Position numbers and translations under genes: made by a program
The notes under the pieces: generated by a model
What the model was told of the DNA's origin: nothing
What the model saw: only the letters and a program-made list of their open reading frames with translations
Database searches by the model: none
Shown here: piece after piece, positions 24,993 to 32,000 of the stretch
Position numbering within the stretch: the first letter of the stretch is position 1
Layout: each line of letters begins with the position of its first letter
Source of the DNA: Micrococcus luteus NCTC 2665
GTDB taxonomy: Bacteria; Actinomycetota; Actinomycetes; Actinomycetales; Micrococcaceae
Assembly: GCF_000023205.1 (NCBI RefSeq)
Contig: NC_012803.1
Span: 150,001-182,000 of the forward strand
Length of the DNA: 32,000 bases
Direction: 5' to 3'

Positions 24993-26174
24993 ATGAGCAC
25001 CACAGCAACCACCACGCGCCCCGAGGGGGGCCTGCAGAGCCCGCGGACGAACTCGCTGACCAGCGGTCAGATGCCGGGCTGGACCTGGATGGTCGTCGCG
25101 GCCGGGGCCATCGTCCTCGGCGCGCTCATCACCTTGCTGCTCGCGGACGGCTTCAACGTCGCCGGGTTCCTCGTCATCACCGCCGTCCTGTTCGTGATCG
25201 GCATGTACGGGGCCACTCGCGTGCTGGAGAACCGTCGGCGCGCCACGGACGGCCTGTGGCGGCACCTCGTGTGGCTCGCCTTCCTGATCGCCCTGGCCCC
25301 GCTGATCTCGGTCCTCTGGTCCGTGATCGCCACCGGCCTGCCGACGCTGATCTCCAACCCGCACCTGATCGCGTACGACATGAAGGGCGTCACCGGCGTC
25401 GCCGACGCCAACTGGGTCGAGGTGGGCATGCCCGCCGGCGACCTGCCCGGCGGCTTCGGCCACGCCCTCCTCGGCACCGTGCTCATCACGCTGATCGCGA
25501 CGCTGATCTCCGTGCCGATCGGCATGCTCACCTCCATCTACCTGGTGGAGTACGGCCGCGGCGGCTGGTTCTCCCGCGCCATCGTGTTCTTCGTGGACGT
25601 GATGACCGGCATCCCCTCGATCGTGGCAGGCCTCTTCGCCTACGCCGCGGTCTCGTGGGTCCTCACGCTCACGATGGGCAGCCAGTCGAAGGCGTTGCAG
25701 ACGGTCCAGATGGGCTTCAGCGCCGCGATCGCCCTCTCCGTGCTGATGATCCCCGTGGTCGTCCGTTCCACCGAGGAGATGCTCCGCGTGGTGCCGAATG
25801 AGCTCCGCGAGGGCGCCTACGCCCTGGGCGTGCGCAAGTGGCAGACCATCGCCAAGGTGGTCCTGCCCACCGCGATCTCCGGCATCGCCTCCGGCGTGAC
25901 GCTGGCCATCGCGCGCGTCGCCGGCGAGACCGCGCCGATCCTCGTGACGGCCGGCTTCGCCCAGAGCGTCAACTGGAACCCGTTCGACGACTGGATGACG
26001 GCGCTGCCGGTGTACATCTACCGTCAGCTGGTCTCGCCGCTCTCCCCGACCGCGGCGGATCCGTCCACGGCCCGCGCCTGGGCCGCGGCCCTGCTCCTCG
26101 TCTTCATCGTCATGATGCTGAACCTGGCCGCCCGTCTGATCGCCCGGGCCTTCGCCCCGAAGACCGGCCGCTGA
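24993..26174 (+). CDS. pstA: Phosphate ABC transporter permease PstA, 393 aa
   Basis: The EAA-type loop is [44 protein letters not shown]. The ATG lies 1 nt after the pstC stop. Confidence 0.93.
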   Translation: MSTTATTTRPEGGLQSPRTNSLTSGQMPGWTWMVVAAGAIVLGALITLLLADGFNVAGFLVITAVLFVIGMYGATRVLENRRRATDGLWRHLVWLAFLIALAPLISVLWSVIATGLPTLISNPHLIAYDMKGVTGVADANWVEVGMPAGDLPGGFGHALLGTVLITLIATLISVPIGMLTSIYLVEYGRGGWFSRAIVFFVDVMTGIPSIVAGLFAYAAVSWVLTLTMGSQSKALQTVQMGFSAAIALSVLMIPVVVRSTEEMLRVVPNELREGAYALGVRKWQTIAKVVLPTAISGIASGVTLAIARVAGETAPILVTAGFAQSVNWNPFDDWMTALPVYIYRQLVSPLSPTAADPSTARAWAAALLLVFIVMMLNLAARLIARAFAPKTGR

Positions 26175-26179
26175 CCATC

Positions 26180-26207
26180 GGCCGCCCCGGCCCACGCCGG
26201 GGCGGCC
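26180..26207 (+). other. Perfect 12-bp GC hairpin inside the pst operon (pstA-pstB spacer)
   Basis: GGCCGCCCCGGC (26180-26191) pairs with GCCGGGGCGGCC (26196-26207) around the loop CCAC. It lies 5 nt after the pstA stop and 52 nt before the pstB ATG. Confidence 0.6.
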
Positions 26208-26259
26208 ACCCCTCGCAGACTCTCCCGCTCCCCAGCGACTCCAGAAGGAACCCCGCCTC

Positions 26260-27039
26260 ATGTCCAAGCGCATCCAGGCCATCGACGTCGATGTCTTCTA
26301 CGGCAAGTTCAAGGCCGTCGAGGGCGTCAACATCGACATCGCCCCCCGCTCCGTCACCGCCTTCATCGGCCCCTCCGGCTGCGGCAAGACCACCTTCCTG
26401 CGCAGCATCAACCGCATGCACGAGGTGCTCCCCGGCGCCACCGTGGACGGCAAGCTCCTGCTCGACGGCGAGGACATCTACGGGCCCGGTGTGGACCCGG
26501 TCCGCGTCCGTTCCCAGATCGGCATGGTCTTCCAGCGCCCGAACCCGTTCCCCACGATGTCCATCCGCGACAACGTGCTGGCCGGCTACAAGCTCAACGG
26601 CACCCGCCTGAACAAGTCCCGTGCGGACGAGCTCGTGGAGAAGTCCCTGCGCGGCGCCAACCTGTGGAACGAGGTCAAGGACCGCCTCGACAAGCCCGGC
26701 TCCGGCCTCTCCGGCGGCCAGCAGCAGCGTCTGTGCATCGCCCGCTCCATCGCGGTGCAGCCCGACGTGATCCTCATGGACGAGCCCTGCTCCGCGCTCG
26801 ACCCGATCTCCACCCTCGCCGTCGAGGACCTGATCAACGAGCTCAAGGAGGAGTACACGGTCATCATCGTCACGCACAACATGCAGCAGGCCGCGCGCGT
26901 GGCGGACAAGACCGCGTTCTTCAACATCCAGGGCGTCGGCAAGCCCGGCAAGCTGATCGAGTACGACGACACCGACGTCATCTTCAACAACCCCTCGAGC
27001 CAGCAGACCGAGGACTACGTCTCCGGCCGCTTCGGCTGA
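26260..27039 (+). CDS. pstB: Phosphate ABC transporter ATP-binding protein PstB, 259 aa
   Basis: The motifs are Walker [10 protein letters not shown], signature LSGGQQQRL and Walker [13 protein letters not shown]. The PstB-typical C-terminus [10 protein letters not shown] is present. Confidence 0.96.
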   Translation: MSKRIQAIDVDVFYGKFKAVEGVNIDIAPRSVTAFIGPSGCGKTTFLRSINRMHEVLPGATVDGKLLLDGEDIYGPGVDPVRVRSQIGMVFQRPNPFPTMSIRDNVLAGYKLNGTRLNKSRADELVEKSLRGANLWNEVKDRLDKPGSGLSGGQQQRLCIARSIAVQPDVILMDEPCSALDPISTLAVEDLINELKEEYTVIIVTHNMQQAARVADKTAFFNIQGVGKPGKLIEYDDTDVIFNNPSSQQTEDYVSGRFG

Positions 27040-27060
27040 GCCGTCCCGCGCTCCATCCCC

Positions 27061-27091
27061 GACCCCGTCCGGCCGCACGCCGGGCGGGGTC
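27061..27091. terminator. Bidirectional terminator hairpin between the convergent pstB and pit genes
   Basis: GACCCCGTCCGGC (27061-27073) pairs with GCCGGGCGGGGTC (27079-27091). The stem is 13 bp including one G-U pair, and the loop is CGCAC. Confidence 0.6.
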
Positions 27092-27131
27092 GCGGCGTCT
27101 GCGGGGCCGGGCGTCGTCGTCGGGCGCGGCC

Positions 27132-28157
27132 TCAGGCCAGCGGGACGAGGGCCAGCGTGCCGAGGAGGCCGAGGAGCGCGCAGGCCACCGGCGTGAGCAC
27201 CCACCAGCCGACCACGCGCAGCACGGTGGGCCAGCGCACGGACGCGTAGGTCTGCGTCTGGCCGGCACCCACGATGGCCGCCGTCGCCGTGTGGGTGGAG
27301 GACAGGGGCAGGTGGAACACCAGGGATCCGACGAACAGCAGGCCCGCGGGGATGACGGCGGCCACGGACGCCCGCAGGGGGTCGAGGCGGACGAGACGCT
27401 CGGTGAGGGTCCAGGCGATCCGCCAGGCGCCACCCAGCGTGCCGAGCCCGACCGCGAAGGCGAACAGGAACGCGCCCCCCACGAACTCGGCCGTCAGGGC
27501 GTCCGGCGCCAGGACGGACCCGGACCCCACCAGCACGGCGGCCCACAGCACCCCCATGCGCTGACCGGCCTGCAGGCCGTGGCCCATGGCCATGGCGCTG
27601 GCGGAGATGCCCAACGCGACGCGGGCCCGGTGCTGGACGTTGACCGTGGTGCCCCGGGTGGCGAGCCGCATGGCGGGGGCGGTGAGCAGGCGGGCGAGCG
27701 CCCATGCGATCAGGGGCGAGAGCAGCAGGCTGAGCAGCACCTCGGCGCGGACGAGGTCGAAGATGGTGTGGGCGACGTCGACGTCCAGACTCAGGCGCAC
27801 GGCGAGGTGGCTGCCCGCCAGCGCGGAGATCAGCGCGTGCGTGCTGGAGCTGGGCAGGCGCCGCCACCACAGCAGCAGACCCCACACGAGGGTCACCGCG
27901 CAGGACACGCCCACGGCCAGGGGGCCGATCTCGCTGCGCACCGCGGGCGAGGTGAAGTAGTGCACGCTCAGCGTGATGAGCCCGATGCCCAGCAGGGCGC
28001 CCACGGTGTTGACCGCCCCGGTCAGGAGGAGGGCCCCGCGCGGGGTCAGCGCCCGGTACCGGACAGGCAGCGCCGCGGCGTTGGGGGCGTCGCGGAACCC
28101 CATCAGCGCGCCGACGGCGCACAGCAGCACGAGGACGACGGCGAGCCCCGCGGTCAC
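27132..28157 (-). CDS. PiT/PHO4-family inorganic ion (phosphate-type) transporter with divergent signature motifs, 341 aa
   Basis: It aligns along its length with the short Pit proteins I recall: GFRDAPNAAA vs GFHDTANA; LPSSSTHALISALAG; GGAWRIAWTL; HLPLSSTHTATAAIVGAG. The mid-protein signature reads HGLQAGQR (nt 27558-27581) instead of HG-x-NDAQK. Confidence 0.8.
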   Translation of the reverse strand: MTAGLAVVLVLLCAVGALMGFRDAPNAAALPVRYRALTPRGALLLTGAVNTVGALLGIGLITLSVHYFTSPAVRSEIGPLAVGVSCAVTLVWGLLLWWRRLPSSSTHALISALAGSHLAVRLSLDVDVAHTIFDLVRAEVLLSLLLSPLIAWALARLLTAPAMRLATRGTTVNVQHRARVALGISASAMAMGHGLQAGQRMGVLWAAVLVGSGSVLAPDALTAEFVGGAFLFAFAVGLGTLGGAWRIAWTLTERLVRLDPLRASVAAVIPAGLLFVGSLVFHLPLSSTHTATAAIVGAGQTQTYASVRWPTVLRVVGWWVLTPVACALLGLLGTLALVPLA

Positions 28158-28172
28158 GGCGCCTCCACCGGC

Positions 28173-28799
28173 TCAGGACTCACGGACGAGCACCATGCCC
28201 AGGTCCATGTTCACGCGGGAGAGGGCCTCGAGTGCCGCGTGCAGCGCCCAGGCGACCTCGCGCTGGCGGTTGTAGTCGCGCTGCAGCAGGTCCATGCCGA
28301 GGTCGGCGAGCCACTCGACCATGATCCGCTCCGTGCGGCGGGAGGCGCGCAGCAGCTGCATCCACGTGGCCTCCAGGGCGTCGAGGTCGCGCATCTCGGC
28401 GGCGCTGCGGGCGAGCAGCTCGGCCTGCCGGCCCACGGTCTCGAGGACGTCGAGGGCGTGCGTCGGCAGCTCTTCGAGGTCGGCCCGTTGGATCAGCACG
28501 CCCGCCGACACGACGCGCCGGGTGGCCGCGTGCACGCCGCTGGCCAGCCGGTAGAGGTCCTGACGGGGCAGCGGAGTCACGTAGGCGCTGCGCAGCGCGG
28601 TGAGGAAGGCCATGAGGGTGGCGCTCGAGGACGAGTCGAGCTCCTCGAGCTCACGGGCGGCACGGTCCGCCTCGGGTCCGCGGGTCCCTGCGACCTGGGC
28701 CACCAGATGCACGGACCGGTGCAGGGCCTCGGCGAGGTCTGCCATGTGACGCAGCGCCGGGGTGTCGCGCGTGACGAGCCAGGGCATGCGGGGGGACAT
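28173..28799 (-). CDS. DUF47 family (PhoU-like, Pit accessory) protein, 208 aa
   Basis: It is an all-helical, roughly 200-aa protein immediately upstream of the pit gene (15-nt gap), which is the classic DUF47-Pit pairing. Its pattern resembles DUF47 (LAEALHRSVHLVAQV...LPRQDLYRLASGVHAATRRV...). The start (28799 or 28787) is uncertain. Confidence 0.7.
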   Translation of the reverse strand: MSPRMPWLVTRDTPALRHMADLAEALHRSVHLVAQVAGTRGPEADRAARELEELDSSSSATLMAFLTALRSAYVTPLPRQDLYRLASGVHAATRRVVSAGVLIQRADLEELPTHALDVLETVGRQAELLARSAAEMRDLDALEATWMQLLRASRRTERIMVEWLADLGMDLLQRDYNRQREVAWALHAALEALSRVNMDLGMVLVRES

Positions 28800-28938
28800 G
28801 GGCAGCGGTCGCTCTCTCGTCGACGGGTGGCGAAGGGGTCGACGACGACGCCAGACCGGGAACGCCTCTCGGCGGAAGGCCGCTCGCAGCGGCTGTGTGT
28901 TGGAGCCCGGGGTTACCAGCGGCCCGGCGCCGTCCCCT

Positions 28939-29613
28939 TCAGTCTAGCGATCCGTCCCGAAACGCTCGACCCGCCGCCTCCAGGGCGTCGGCGGTGCTGA
29001 CCAGGCGCGCGGCCCGGCGGGTGAGGGCGGCGGCGCGGTCCGGGGCGGCGGCCTCGGAGCCCTCGGCGTGCTCGACCTGGCCCAGGGCCACGACGCGGGC
29101 GTAGGCCGCGGCGCGCTCGAACGCGACGTCGATCTCGGAGCGGTAGGCGCCCGTGAGGATCGTGTCCGTGAGGCGGCGCAGCTCGGCCGGCCCCGGCGGC
29201 TCGACGGCGCCCGCCACGACGCGCGAGGCGTAGGCGGCGTGCCCGGCGCGGTACCAGGCGGCCCAGCGTTCGCCGTCGCGGGCCGTCGCCTCCTGGAGCA
29301 CGTACAGGCGCCACAGGGCGCCGGCGAGCGAGACGGGCGGGGCGTCCGCCCACAGCTCCGCGAGCGTCTCGACGCCCAGCTCGCGGACCAGCCCGACCAG
29401 CCGCTCGACGACGGCCGGGTCCTCCTCCGCGCGGCCGCCGGCCACGAGGGCGTGGGCCAGGCGCGAGGCCGCCGCGGCCACTTCCTGCGGGTCTTCGCCG
29501 CCGGCGAAGTGCGTGAGCTCCTGCGGCTCCGAGAGGCGGGGCCGGTGGGGGCGCAGCACGCCCGAGGCGCTCGAGCTGGCGCCGCGGCCGGCGGGCAGGC
29601 GGTGACGTGCCAT
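28939..29613 (-). CDS. Conserved hypothetical protein (helical, Ala/Arg/Trp-containing), 224 aa
   Basis: ATG 29613 is preceded by the SD GAAGGGAG. Third-position GC is high. I recognise no motif. The N-terminal 32 codons of ORF 28939-29709 are probably not translated. Confidence 0.55.
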   Translation of the reverse strand: MARHRLPAGRGASSSASGVLRPHRPRLSEPQELTHFAGGEDPQEVAAAASRLAHALVAGGRAEEDPAVVERLVGLVRELGVETLAELWADAPPVSLAGALWRLYVLQEATARDGERWAAWYRAGHAAYASRVVAGAVEPPGPAELRRLTDTILTGAYRSEIDVAFERAAAYARVVALGQVEHAEGSEAAAPDRAAALTRRAARLVSTADALEAAGRAFRDGSLD

Positions 29614-29771
29614 GGGCGGGCTCCCTTCGAGGGCGCATCGGGGTGGGGATGTGGTCGCCGGAGGCGGCGGCCCCGTCCACGGTAGTGCCCCGGACGCCTG
29701 GGCTACCATCGGAGGGCACCCGTGAGGGTCGCCGTCGTCGGCCGCACGCCGTCGTCGTCGGCCGCGGGTGG

Positions 29772-29844
29772 GGGCCTTTAGCTCAGCTGGCAGAGCATCG
29801 GACTTTTAATCCGCCGGTCGCGGGTTCGATCCCCGCAGGGCCCA
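29772..29844 (+). tRNA. tRNA-Lys (anticodon UUU), 73 nt, CCA not encoded
   Basis: I folded the cloverleaf by hand. The acceptor pairs GGGCCTT with AGGGCCC (one G-U pair). The D arm is GCTC-AGCTGGCA-GAGC. The anticodon loop is CTTTTAA. The T arm is GCGGG-TTCGATC-CCCGC, and the discriminator is A. Confidence 0.92.
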
Positions 29845-29893
29845 CCGGAGAACGGCCCCTGACCCGGCGCGATGCCCGGTCGGGGGCCCTCCC

Positions 29894-29899
29894 TAGGAT
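29894..29899 (+). promoter_or_regulatory. -10 hexamer TAGGAT, 6 nt upstream of ATG 29906 (leaderless-type)
   Basis: A TANNNT hexamer is followed by a 6-nt spacer with no SD. Confidence 0.45.
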
Positions 29900-29905
29900 G
29901 GAGCC

Positions 29906-30631
29906 ATGAGCCCCACGCCCACACCAGTCACCGAGACGATCAGTTCCGGCCACAGCGTGGTGTGGTCGCGCCCGCCGGCGGAGCGCGCGGGCACGGACCT
30001 GGTGCTCGTGTTCCACGGCTACGGCTCCAACGAGGTCCGCGCGGCGCGCCGCCACTTCCCGATGCTCCCGGAGCGGTGCACCGGCCTGGCGGTGCGCGGC
30101 GGCTTCGAGATCGACGAGACGGCCTCCGAGGGCCCGGGCGACCCCGGCGCACACGGCTGGTTCCTGCTCGACCTGCTGCTGCAGTCCGACTTCGCCCAGG
30201 TGCTCGCCGCCGCCCACCGCGTGTTCGACGTGCTCTCCGCCGAGGAGGTCGTGGCGGCCGGCTTCCGCACGGTCTCGGTGCTCGGCTTCTCCCAGGGCAT
30301 GGCCATGGCGACGACGGTCCTGCGTCTGCGTCCCGAGGCGTTCACCTGCGGTGTGGGCCTGAGCGGCTTCGCCGTCGACAACGAGCTGCTGGCCATGCTC
30401 GACTCCCCGGCCGAGGGACCGGGCCCGCGCCCGTTCTTCTGGGGCCGGGACGCCGAGGACCCCGTGATCCATCCGGACGCCGTCGCCCACACCCGCGCGT
30501 GGGCCGAGGAGCACACCCGCCTGACCGTGCGCACCTACCCCGGGATCTTGCACGGGACCGGCCCCGACGAGGTCCGTGACGTGCGCATCTTCCTCGAGCA
30601 CTCCCTGCGCGCGGCGACGCCCGGGTCCTGA
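29906..30631 (+). CDS. Alpha/beta hydrolase, phospholipase/carboxylesterase (dienelactone hydrolase-like) family, 241 aa
   Basis: LVLVFHGYGSNE is present. The nucleophile elbow is GFSQGMAM (G-x-S-x-G). The late D and H region is GRDAEDPVIHPD ... YPGILHG. Confidence 0.75.
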   Translation: MSPTPTPVTETISSGHSVVWSRPPAERAGTDLVLVFHGYGSNEVRAARRHFPMLPERCTGLAVRGGFEIDETASEGPGDPGAHGWFLLDLLLQSDFAQVLAAAHRVFDVLSAEEVVAAGFRTVSVLGFSQGMAMATTVLRLRPEAFTCGVGLSGFAVDNELLAMLDSPAEGPGPRPFFWGRDAEDPVIHPDAVAHTRAWAEEHTRLTVRTYPGILHGTGPDEVRDVRIFLEHSLRAATPGS

Positions 30632-30651
30632 CCGCGGGGGTCGCGCGCCGA

Positions 30652-30657
30652 TACTGT
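30652..30657 (+). promoter_or_regulatory. -10 hexamer TACTGT, 7 nt upstream of ATG 30665 (leaderless-type)
   Basis: A TANNNT hexamer. The ORF-track GTG at 30656 lies inside this hexamer, so I prefer ATG 30665. Confidence 0.4.
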
Positions 30658-30664
30658 GGCGCGC

Positions 30665-31534
30665 ATGGCAAAGAACTCGACGATCGGCCGGTACGCGTCC
30701 GGGAAGGTGAAGGACTTCGGGCTGAAGTCGGCACTCGATGAGAACGGCGAGCCCACGGAGGGCTTCGAGAAGGCCCTCTCCACGGTGTTGGCGGTCCAGC
30801 GCCCCCTGGTCCTGAAGAACATCCAGCGCATGGCGGCGAAGCACCCGGGGGAGAGCCCGGAGCGTCTCGCCGAGCGGCTCGGGCAGCAGTACCTGACCAC
30901 CGTCACGGGGGCCGGTGCCGCCGTGGGCGGCACCGCGATCGTCCCGGGCATCGGCACCGTGGCCGCGCTCGGCCTGTCCGGTGTCGCGGTCGCCGGCTTC
31001 ATGGAGGCCACCGCCCTCTACGCGCAGTCCCTCGCCGAGCTGCACGGCATCACCACGCAGGACCCGCAGCGCGCCCAGGCCCTCGTCATGGGCCTCATGC
31101 TCGGCGACGACGCCAAGGAGCTGCTCCGCGAGGCCGCCGCCAAGGCCGGCCGTCCCTACGACCCGCAGTCCAGCCTCAACGCGCTCGCGGGCACCGCATC
31201 GGGCACCGGCATCAGCGCGTTCGTGGTGGATCGCCTCAAGAGGACGTTCATGCGCAAGATGCGCCTGCGGCAGGGTGCCGGCTTCGTGGGCCGCGCCGTG
31301 CCGTTCGGCGTGGGCGCCGTGATCGGCGGCGTGGGCAACCGCGCCATGGGCAAGGCCGTGATGGAGAACGCCGCGGAGCTCTTCAGCCCCCTGCCGATGG
31401 TGATCCCCGGCGAGATCCGCGAGGGCGCCGCACAGGGGCGCGCCGATGGCACCAAGGACGACGGCGGCGTCTTCGGTGCGATCCGTCGCGCCCTGCCCGG
31501 CGGCAAGGACGAGAAGGACAAGCCCGCCGCCTGA
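30665..31534 (+). CDS. Hypothetical protein with Gly/Ala-rich hydrophobic segments (possibly EcsC-like), 289 aa
   Basis: Third-position GC is high and the ORF is long. Gly/Ala-rich segments include GAGAAVGGTAIVPGIGTVAALGLSGVAVAGF and VPFGVGAVIGGVGNRAMG. The family guess is weak. Confidence 0.55.
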   Translation: MAKNSTIGRYASGKVKDFGLKSALDENGEPTEGFEKALSTVLAVQRPLVLKNIQRMAAKHPGESPERLAERLGQQYLTTVTGAGAAVGGTAIVPGIGTVAALGLSGVAVAGFMEATALYAQSLAELHGITTQDPQRAQALVMGLMLGDDAKELLREAAAKAGRPYDPQSSLNALAGTASGTGISAFVVDRLKRTFMRKMRLRQGAGFVGRAVPFGVGAVIGGVGNRAMGKAVMENAAELFSPLPMVIPGEIREGAAQGRADGTKDDGGVFGAIRRALPGGKDEKDKPAA

Positions 31535-31547
31535 CGGCCTCGTCCCC

Positions 31548-31622
31548 GCGCTTTCGAACGTGAGAGAGGCCCAATCTCACGTTCGAAAGCGCCCATTCGC
31601 CCCATTTCACGTTCGAAAGTGC
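31548..31622. repeat. Three copies of a ~22-nt motif: an 18-bp perfect inverted repeat (hairpin) plus a third direct copy 30 nt downstream
   Basis: GCGCTTTCGAACGTGAGA (31548-31565) and TCTCACGTTCGAAAGCGC (31575-31592) are perfect reverse complements with a 9-nt loop. CCAATCTCACGTTCGAAAGCGC (31571-31592) and CCCATTTCACGTTCGAAAGTGC (31601-31622) match at 19 of 22 positions. The motif lies between convergent genes and is AT-richer than its surroundings. Confidence 0.85.
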
Positions 31623-31639
31623 GGGGTAGGGGCCGCGTC

Positions 31640-32000
31640 TCAGAGGAACAGCGTGGCCACCCCGTGGATCGCCAGGCCCGCGAGCGCGCCGACGACCGAG
31701 CCGTTGATGCGGATGAACTGCAGGTCCTTGCCCACGAACAGCTCGAGGGTGCGCGCGGTCTGCTCGCCGTCCCAGCGGGCGACCGTCTCCTCGATCACCC
31801 CGGTCACTGCCGGGCCGTAGGAGCTCAGCGCATACGCCGCGGCGCGGCGGGCGTGGCCGTCCACGCGGTCGCGCAGCTCGGGGTCCTCCTGCAGGCGGGC
31901 GCCGAGGTCGCGCAGGGCGGCCACGAGCGCGCGGTGCAGGTCGGAGGACGGGTCCTCGAGCGCATCCAGGAGCGAGTCCCGCAGGGAGACCCAGGCCCGC
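31640..32000 (-). CDS. DUF445-like membrane protein, C-terminal part (5' end outside window)
   Basis: The frame is open from the window edge down to the stop at 31640-31642. The C-terminus ...WDGEQTARTLELFVGKDLQFIRINGSVVGALAGLAIHGV matches the DUF445 C-terminal pattern (DLQxIRxNG) as I recall it. Confidence 0.7.
   Translation of the reverse strand, partial: RAWVSLRDSLLDALEDPSSDLHRALVAALRDLGARLQEDPELRDRVDGHARRAAAYALSSYGPAVTGVIEETVARWDGEQTARTLELFVGKDLQFIRINGSVVGALAGLAIHGVATLFL

Noticed and set aside
28800-28938. I searched the region upstream of the DUF47-pit operon for PHO boxes (GGTGAAC on the plus strand).
   Set aside because: There are no in-phase GTTCACC-type units. The nearest resemblance, GGTGGCGAAGG, is weak. 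A TAGACT hexamer (minus strand, 28941-28946) inside the end of the upstream gene could be a promoter with a ~135-nt leader, but the evidence is insufficient to call it.
29731-29765. An imperfect tandem direct repeat just upstream of tRNA-Lys: GCCGTCGTCGGCCGC, then AC, then GCCGTCGTCGTCGGCCGC.
   Set aside because: It is a low-complexity GTC/GCC-rich sequence with only two copies. It has no spacer/repeat organisation (so it is not CRISPR) and no obvious protein-binding dyad. It is most likely slippage-type simple sequence.
31601-31622. The third repeat copy contains TTTCACGT, which resembles a half-site of the parS centromere (GTTTCACGTGAAAC).
   Set aside because: The dyad is broken: TTTCACGT-TC-GAAAG has a 2-nt insertion and a wrong final base. 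The other copies read TCTCACGT. The gene context (lysS-clpC-radA-pst) is not an origin-proximal parAB region.
29772-31640. tRNA-Lys as an integration site, with the downstream hydrolase, the hypothetical gene and the triple repeat forming a small genomic island.
   Set aside because: There is no integrase or recombinase gene. No direct repeat of the tRNA 3' end is visible downstream. The two genes show no drop in GC or change in codon bias relative to the rest of the window.

Overview
By eye this window is very high-GC, probably above 70%, and looks like core chromosome of an Actinomycetota genome, possibly Micrococcales-like (lineage is a guess). I support 30 protein-coding genes (two truncated by the window edges) and one tRNA-Lys(UUU). 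Left to right: a GntP-like permease fragment; a secreted glycerophosphodiester phosphodiesterase; a translationally coupled three-gene membrane/stress operon (amphipathic-repeat protein, Holin-X-like protein, DUF3618-like protein); panC overlapping a 3-methyladenine glycosylase gene; an SRPBCC protein; an M13 metallopeptidase; a MarR-MFS efflux operon with a double palindromic operator; a 2-hydroxyacid dehydrogenase; lysS plus a coupled 79-aa membrane ORF; lsr2; clpC; a 60-aa MT0933-like protein; a short-form ArgA-like GNAT; mutY; a membrane-anchored Cys-containing protein; radA; a FUSC-family protein; pstSCAB; a convergent DUF47-Pit operon; a hypothetical; tRNA-Lys; an alpha/beta hydrolase; a hypothetical; and a DUF445 fragment. 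The backbone matches what I recall of the mycobacterial panC-lysS-lsr2-clpC1-mutY-radA neighbourhood. I found no transposase, integrase, CRISPR array, prophage or recognisable defence genes, so I cannot honestly point to a clear new system. The most interesting unexplained items are: (1) the uncharacterised triad operon at 1817-3791; (2) a three-copy 22-nt repeat (18-bp perfect hairpin plus a third copy able to form an alternative pairing) at 31548-31622; (3) a Pit transporter whose second signature motif has lost its Asn-Asp pair; (4) many apparently leaderless genes, three of whose promoters share a CCGTGCCTAG module; (5) in-phase PHO-box repeats upstream of pstS and PHO-like repeats upstream of glpQ. 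Most long ORFs in the six-frame track that overlap these genes are high-GC artefacts.
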